DNA of 12,005 bases from a virus. Both the position numbers and the translations under genes were made by a program. Each line of letters starts with the position of its first letter. The stretch's first letter is position 1. The stretch covers positions 1 through 12,005 of the IMG/VR virus record IMGVR_UViG_3300032038_001457. The stretch is one strand, 5' to 3'. The notes beneath the pieces were generated by a model. The model was not told the origin of the DNA, searched no databases, and saw nothing but the letters and a program-made list of their open reading frames with translations. This document shows, in pieces, positions 7,818-12,005 of the stretch.

Positions 7818-8402
7818 TTAAGCGGCTGGAGTTAGTAAACCATCTAAATAAGTTTGTGCTTCTGCTAAAGTTGTAAAAGACTTAACTTTTTTCCAGTCTC
7901 CAACTTTCATTCCGTTAATTTCTTCTTCTAATTCCATTAGTTTTGCCTCAATAGAAACTGTATTATATTCTATTGATTCCCCTTTTGTTTTTCTGTCTGC
8001 TGTAATTTTTGTTATTTGAATACGTGGTAAAAATTCTACTTTAAAGCTTTTAACCCCTTTATAAATTTTTGTTACTATATGTCCATAACCAATTTCTGGT
8101 GCTTCATTTCCTGAATTGTCAGTTACTTCTTTATCCTCACTAATTGTAATTCCTTTTAATTCTGCATATACTTCATCTGTAACATCATCAACAGTTATAT
8201 TCACCGTTCCGCCTTTAAAAGATAAGTCTTTTTCTGCTATTATATCATCAGCTCTTAAAGTGGTATTGTTTCTATCTTCTGTTATTTTTGCGTCTATTAA
8301 TCTTCCTAAAACTGGTACTTTAGAATCTGTTAAAATTTTATATTTTTTTGTTGCATAATCAATTTGATTATATTTAGCATTTCTTAAACCTATACTAGCC
8401 AT
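7818..8402 (-). CDS. Major tail protein (phi13-like family)
   Basis: MASIGLRNAKYNQIDYATKKY... with GYGHIVTKIYKGVKSFKVEFLPRIQI, characteristic of phi13-type major tail proteins. Synteny consistent. Confidence 0.88.
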   Translation of the reverse strand: MASIGLRNAKYNQIDYATKKYKILTDSKVPVLGRLIDAKITEDRNNTTLRADDIIAEKDLSFKGGTVNITVDDVTDEVYAELKGITISEDKEVTDNSGNEAPEIGYGHIVTKIYKGVKSFKVEFLPRIQITKITADRKTKGESIEYNTVSIEAKLMELEEEINGMKVGDWKKVKSFTTLAEAQTYLDGLLTPAA

Positions 8403-8724
8403 TTATATTCCTACCTTTCTTGAATGAAATCGTTCTGTGATATAATCCTGTATCTTCTTCATACATTTCAATACTATCTCCATCCCAAATCCATTCATTT
8501 TCTTTCATTTTATTTTTTATATCTTTCATTATTTTTAAATAATTGCTATCTGAATAAATATCTATATCAACATATACTTCACTATCAGTAATTTCATCAT
8601 CACTTGAAAAAGAGGGTATTTCGTCAACTATTGTCCATACAACATATGTTTTTTTATTACCTTTATATTTCAAATGTGCAACTGGTACATCTAAATTTAA
8701 AATATTTTTTATTTCACTTTCCAT
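8395..8724 (-). CDS. Tail terminator / tail completion-like protein
   Basis: 109 aa: PVAHLKYKGNKKTYVVWTIVDEIPSFSSDDEITDSEVYVDIDIYSDSNYLKIMKDIKNKMKENEW...YEEDTGLYHRTISF, between the gp10-like and major tail protein genes. Confidence 0.75.
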   Translation of the reverse strand: MESEIKNILNLDVPVAHLKYKGNKKTYVVWTIVDEIPSFSSDDEITDSEVYVDIDIYSDSNYLKIMKDIKNKMKENEWIWDGDSIEMYEEDTGLYHRTISFKKGRNING

Positions 8725-8727
8725 CTT

Positions 8728-9204
8728 CTACTCCTTTGGCAAATATTTATCTTGAATTTTTTTCATTTCCGCTTCTATTTCTGATTTTTTAAATGATTTT
8801 CTAATAAATGGTTTTTTCTTTTCTCCACTTGATGTTCCATATTCTCTTGCCGCTACAATTAAAGGAACAGGTGATCCTTCATATTCGTAAGTTTGTTTTT
8901 TGCCGCCTTTTAATTGTTTTGTTATTTTGAAATTTTTACCGCTTTTAGTTGGTTTATATCCATAAAAAGCAATTTTCCTATTTATTCCACCATCACTTGG
9001 AGTATTATATACTCTAGTTACTCTTAAATATTCTAATATTTTAGATGGGTCTTTAAATTTTCCATTTATATTATGTCTAATATTCTTTTCAACCACCTTT
9101 GCTCCTGCTGTAACCATTTCATTCATCATCTTTTCAGAAGAAGTTTCTAAATCTGCAAATTGTTTGATTAAATCATATGGTAATTCTGAGTTAAATCTTG
9201 CCAT
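8728..9204 (-). CDS. HK97 gp10-like head-tail protein
   Basis: MARFNSELPYDLIKQFADLETSSEKMMNEMVTAGAKVVEKNIRHNI...GSPVPLIVAAREYGTSSGEKKKPFIRKSF (EYGT..kPFirksf motif). The ATG at 9204 is a likely start (track start 9225 also possible). Confidence 0.82.
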   Translation of the reverse strand: MARFNSELPYDLIKQFADLETSSEKMMNEMVTAGAKVVEKNIRHNINGKFKDPSKILEYLRVTRVYNTPSDGGINRKIAFYGYKPTKSGKNFKITKQLKGGKKQTYEYEGSPVPLIVAAREYGTSSGEKKKPFIRKSFKKSEIEAEMKKIQDKYLPKE

Positions 9205-9548
9205 TACTTCGTTACTCTTTTGCATTGAAGTTCAAGTTCAATATTTGCTTCATCAATATTGTTTAGATATTCAACTGTATAAATTTTATCTTTAAATTTT
9301 ACATATACTTTTCTGTTTGAATTGTAATAAGTATCTTCTACTGTTTTAGAATATCTAATAGTAAAATTAGTATAAGCTTTTTCAAAATCAGAACCACTTG
9401 CAATTAAAGTATATCCTTTTGTAGTTTTTACTTTAGCAAAAGGTTCGAGGATAACAACTTCTGTTTTTGTTATAAATCCATCATTATCCTCTAATTCTTC
9501 TATTTGATATATAGATATTTTTTTATCATAATCTCCTGCATTTATCAT
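9204..9548 (-). CDS. Head-tail adaptor / head closure protein (SPP1 gp16-like)
   Basis: 114 aa: MINAGDYDKKISIYQIEELEDNDGFITKTEVVILEPFAKVKTTKGY..., typical N-terminal pattern of phage head-tail joining proteins, in the expected position. Confidence 0.8.
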   Translation of the reverse strand: MINAGDYDKKISIYQIEELEDNDGFITKTEVVILEPFAKVKTTKGYTLIASGSDFEKAYTNFTIRYSKTVEDTYYNSNRKVYVKFKDKIYTVEYLNNIDEANIELELQCKRVTK

Positions 9549-9856
9549 AGATTATTCCTCGTATGCATATCAAGAATAGTTTTCACAGTATTATTTATGT
9601 TTTTACCATCAACATACATTGTTCTATTATCATACATATCTTGGCATAGCACATAAACTACTATAACAAAGTCCGAATATGTATCGAGTGTTTCATCTTC
9701 TGCATTTTCGGACTCTTGTGGTATTCCTGTATAATTTTCTATATAATTTTTAGCAATATTTAAAAATAATTCTATATTTTTTTCATCTTCTTCACTAATT
9801 TCTGATAATCTCAAATAATCAGCAATATCTTTTACAGTAATTTCACTTACTTTCAT
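9545..9856 (-). CDS. Head-tail connector protein (HK97 gp6-like)
   Basis: 103 aa: MKVSEITVKDIADYLRLSEISEEDEKNIELFLNIAKNYIENYTGI..., characteristic short helical connector located after the major capsid gene. Confidence 0.82.
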   Translation of the reverse strand: MKVSEITVKDIADYLRLSEISEEDEKNIELFLNIAKNYIENYTGIPQESENAEDETLDTYSDFVIVVYVLCQDMYDNRTMYVDGKNINNTVKTILDMHTRNNL

Positions 9857-9883
9857 AATTTTCCTCCTTTTTAGGAAGTTTTA

Positions 9884-11044
9884 TTATGCAGCATCAGTTG
9901 TTCCAGATACTGCAACAGCTATTTTTTGTGTATTTTCTACTTTAGCATCTAATTCACTATATCCACATACACCAATTGCGTGTTGTGTAGCAAATTTTTC
10001 AACTAATACTTGTATTTCCATTTCTTCTGTTTCTTTAACAGCTAGTCCTGAGAAATCTCCATAGAATATTACTGGTTTTGTTGCTGTTCCTAGTTTTTCA
10101 ACTTTTTCAGAGCAATAAACTGGTTTTCCTAAAAGTTCATAATCCCATTTTTCGTTAAATGCTCTATTTAAGATATAATTTTCATCGCTATCTTTTAATT
10201 TTCTTATTTTCTTTCTTGTCTCTCTATTCATTATCCAATAAGCATTTGCTTGGAATGCATCTGGTACTGCTTCTTGAATATCAATTAATTCATCAGCTGT
10301 AACTGAAGATTTATTTGATAAAACAACTTTCATATTTGTTGAATCGTAAGAACCAACAATACCTGATATTTTAGTTGAAGTACCGTTTATCATTTCCCCT
10401 TCATAGAATAATTTGAATTTTTCTGCCATTTTGTTAATTACATATTCAGTTAAATTAAAGTCACTATTATTTAATAATGATTTTGATATTTTAGTTAATG
10501 CTCCAATTAAGAATCCTGTTAATTCTACTGTTGCAAATTTTCCTGAATGAGATACTAGTTCATCAAATTCAGTAGCATAAGCTACAGTTACATCATCTGT
10601 TGTATCATCATATTTTGGTACAGCTAATGTTCCTTTAGCATTATATTTTGTTGCACTTGCATATAATGGAGATATTTCATTAACTTTATCAATTATTTTA
10701 CTAGCTATTGTTTTTGGTATTATTGCTCCATTATCTCCTTTTGTTAAATTTGTGTTATTTTGTATTCCATTTACAAAATTTCTAATAAATGTAGCAAAAT
10801 TCTTTACATCTTTTTCTTCTTGTGTTAATTCTTTTTTGTCTTCTACTTTTTTATTTTCCATTTTGTTCAATTTTTCCATTCTTTCTAATGTTGCATCAAT
10901 GTTTTTGATTTCTTTTTCTGTGTCATCAAAATTTTTGATTTCTTCTTCATTCATTTCTCTGTTTTCAATTTTTGCTTTGTTTAAAATTCCTTCCATTTTT
11001 GATTGTAAGTCATTTCTTTTTTCAATTAATTCTTTTTCGTTCAT
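9884..11044 (-). CDS. Major capsid protein, HK97 fold, with N-terminal coiled-coil scaffolding (delta) domain
   Basis: Charged helical N-terminus followed by DNGAIIPKTIASKIIDKVNEISPLYASATKYNAKGTLAVPKYD...AYWIMNRETRKKIRKLKDSDENYILN...LLGKPVYCSEKV...IFYGDFSGL. Start set at ATG 11044, preceded by AAGGAAGG, rather than the track start 11092. Confidence 0.93.
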   Translation of the reverse strand: MNEKELIEKRNDLQSKMEGILNKAKIENREMNEEEIKNFDDTEKEIKNIDATLERMEKLNKMENKKVEDKKELTQEEKDVKNFATFIRNFVNGIQNNTNLTKGDNGAIIPKTIASKIIDKVNEISPLYASATKYNAKGTLAVPKYDDTTDDVTVAYATEFDELVSHSGKFATVELTGFLIGALTKISKSLLNNSDFNLTEYVINKMAEKFKLFYEGEMINGTSTKISGIVGSYDSTNMKVVLSNKSSVTADELIDIQEAVPDAFQANAYWIMNRETRKKIRKLKDSDENYILNRAFNEKWDYELLGKPVYCSEKVEKLGTATKPVIFYGDFSGLAVKETEEMEIQVLVEKFATQHAIGVCGYSELDAKVENTQKIAVAVSGTTDAA

Positions 11045-11087
11045 ATTTTTTACCTTCCTTTTTTTAAAATTTTTATAAAATAAAAAA

Positions 11088-11108
11088 AGCAACTATTTTC
11101 TAGTTACT
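11088..11108 (-). terminator. Terminator-like hairpin between the protease and major capsid genes
   Basis: Minus strand AGTAACTA-GAAAA-TAGTTGCT followed by T-rich sequence (7 consecutive T including the last stem base). 8 bp stem including one G-U, extendable by A-U pairs. Begins 6 nt after the protease stop codon (TAA at 11114-11116). Confidence 0.55.
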
Positions 11109-11113
11109 TTTCA

Positions 11114-11840
11114 TTATTTTTTTATAGTTAATAGCCTTTTTTCGTAATTTGAATAATCAAATTTTGGCTCTTGTGTCTTTTCAAACACATTTTTCAAACT
11201 TTGTGGTACATTTTTATAATTTTTAAATAAATCTGATACACACGCAGCAATTTGTTTTTGTTCTTCTAAAACATTTATATTAAATATTTCTGCTGTGTCT
11301 TTTGCACCTAACCAACTTTCTTCATTTATTAGTTCTTTCAACTTTTCTTTGTCTACTTTTGATTTTTTCATATAAAGTGGTATCATTGTAGAGTTTTCAA
11401 CTGTGTCTAATAAATCTATATATTTTTGGAAGTCTATTGCATTTCCATAACAATAGCCAAGTGGTTTATGTATCATTATCATTGAACTTTCATATAGATT
11501 AATGTCATCACCCATCATCAAAATGAATGTACCTGCACTAGCACACAAGCCATCTACATATGTATGTATTTTAGTTCCAGCATCTTTTAATCTTTGGAGC
11601 ATACTACATATTGTTGTTGCTACAAATACTTCTCCGCCGTGGTGTATTCATATAAATGTTTAAATCTGATATGTTTCCTAAATTGTCTAATTCTTCTTTA
11701 AAACTTTGTAACCCTATTAAATTTTCATCTTTTTCACCAGTCCACCAATCTTTGTCATCTGTGACAATTTCGCCATAAAAATAGAGGTCAGCACTTGAAT
11801 TTGGAATTATATTCTTAATTTCATAAAACTTCTTCTTCAT
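11114..11840 (-). CDS. ClpP-like (S14) head maturation protease, split by a +1 offset at about 11639
   Basis: N-part MKKKFYEIKNIIPNSSADLYFYGEIVTDD..ISDLNIYMNTP then, skipping one C, GGEVFVATTICSMLQRLKDAGTKIHTYVDGLCASAGTFILMMGDDINLYESSMIMIHKPLG... This restores the ClpP-type PGG motif, the Ser motif (CASAG) and the His motif (MIHKP). 241 aa if joined. ATG at 11840 has SD GGGAGGTG. Confidence 0.88.
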
Positions 11841-12005
11841 TTTGTTCACCTCCCTTCGCTTCTTCATTGCCTGTATTTAAATCATTATTTTGTGGTTTTT
11901 CTTCAATTTTTTCACCCATTTTAACCATTTTATTAGTATTTGGTGTATAAATTTGATTTGTTTTTGGGTCTAGTAATACATCTCCTAATCCTAAATTAAT
12001 CATAT
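11821..12005 (-). CDS. Portal protein, C-terminal end only (gene continues beyond the window)
   Basis: Frame gives ..MINLGLGDVLLDPKTNQIYTPNTNKMVKMGEKIEEKPQNNDLNTGNEEAKGGEQNEEEVL*, resembling portal C-termini. Directly upstream of and overlapping the protease gene, as in HK97-like modules. Confidence 0.72.
   Translation of the reverse strand, partial: MINLGLGDVLLDPKTNQIYTPNTNKMVKMGEKIEEKPQNNDLNTGNEEAKGGEQNEEEVL

Noticed and set aside
7248-8792. Plus-strand ORFs 7248-7568, 7526-7711, 8116-8358 and 8604-8792
   Set aside because: All are antisense to well-supported tail genes and show no domain motifs.
10752-11078. Plus-strand ORF opposite the capsid N-terminal domain
   Set aside because: An F/S-rich shadow of the charged coiled-coil coding region (MCP delta domain).
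11045-11092. Extended start (MLFLFYKNFKKRKVK) for the major capsid protein
   Set aside because: This stretch covers the hairpin and the U-rich spacer. The ATG at 11044 with AAGGAAGG upstream is the better start.
1-12005. CRISPR array, tRNA, transposase, integrase, toxin-antitoxin or anti-defence genes
   Set aside because: No regularly spaced direct repeats, tRNA-like clover-leaf sequence, or recognisable mobile-element or defence proteins were found. All large ORFs fit the phage structural module.

Overview
This AT-rich window holds a minus-strand late morphogenesis module of a siphovirus-like prophage, probably from a low-GC Firmicutes host. In transcription order, from high to low coordinates, it encodes: portal C-terminus, ClpP-like head maturation protease (split by a +1 frame offset), HK97-fold major capsid protein, gp6-like connector, head-tail adaptor, gp10-like protein, tail terminator-like protein, major tail protein, a small ORF, tail assembly chaperone with a -1 frameshift extension, a Com-like CxxC/CxxC mini-protein, tape measure protein, Dit (with a C-terminal +1 offset), Tal/hub-like protein, a baseplate/fibre-like protein, a small ORF, and a long fibre/minor structural ORF that runs off the window. 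Four ORFs absent from the supplied track were recovered by hand: 1-1434, 1439-1603, 6875-7024/7036 and 7641-7802. No defence island or clearly new multi-gene system is visible. The observations most worth following are: (i) a Com-like zinc-finger ORF directly upstream of a hairpin that buries the Shine-Dalgarno of the tape-measure gene, resembling the Mu com/mom arrangement; (ii) two genes that each need a +1 shift next to an in-frame CGG codon, a codon I otherwise found in no ORF of the window; (iii) a textbook A_AAA_AAC slippery site with a stem 7 nt downstream in the tail assembly chaperone; (iv) terminator-like hairpins bracketing the capsid-to-tail-tube gene block.
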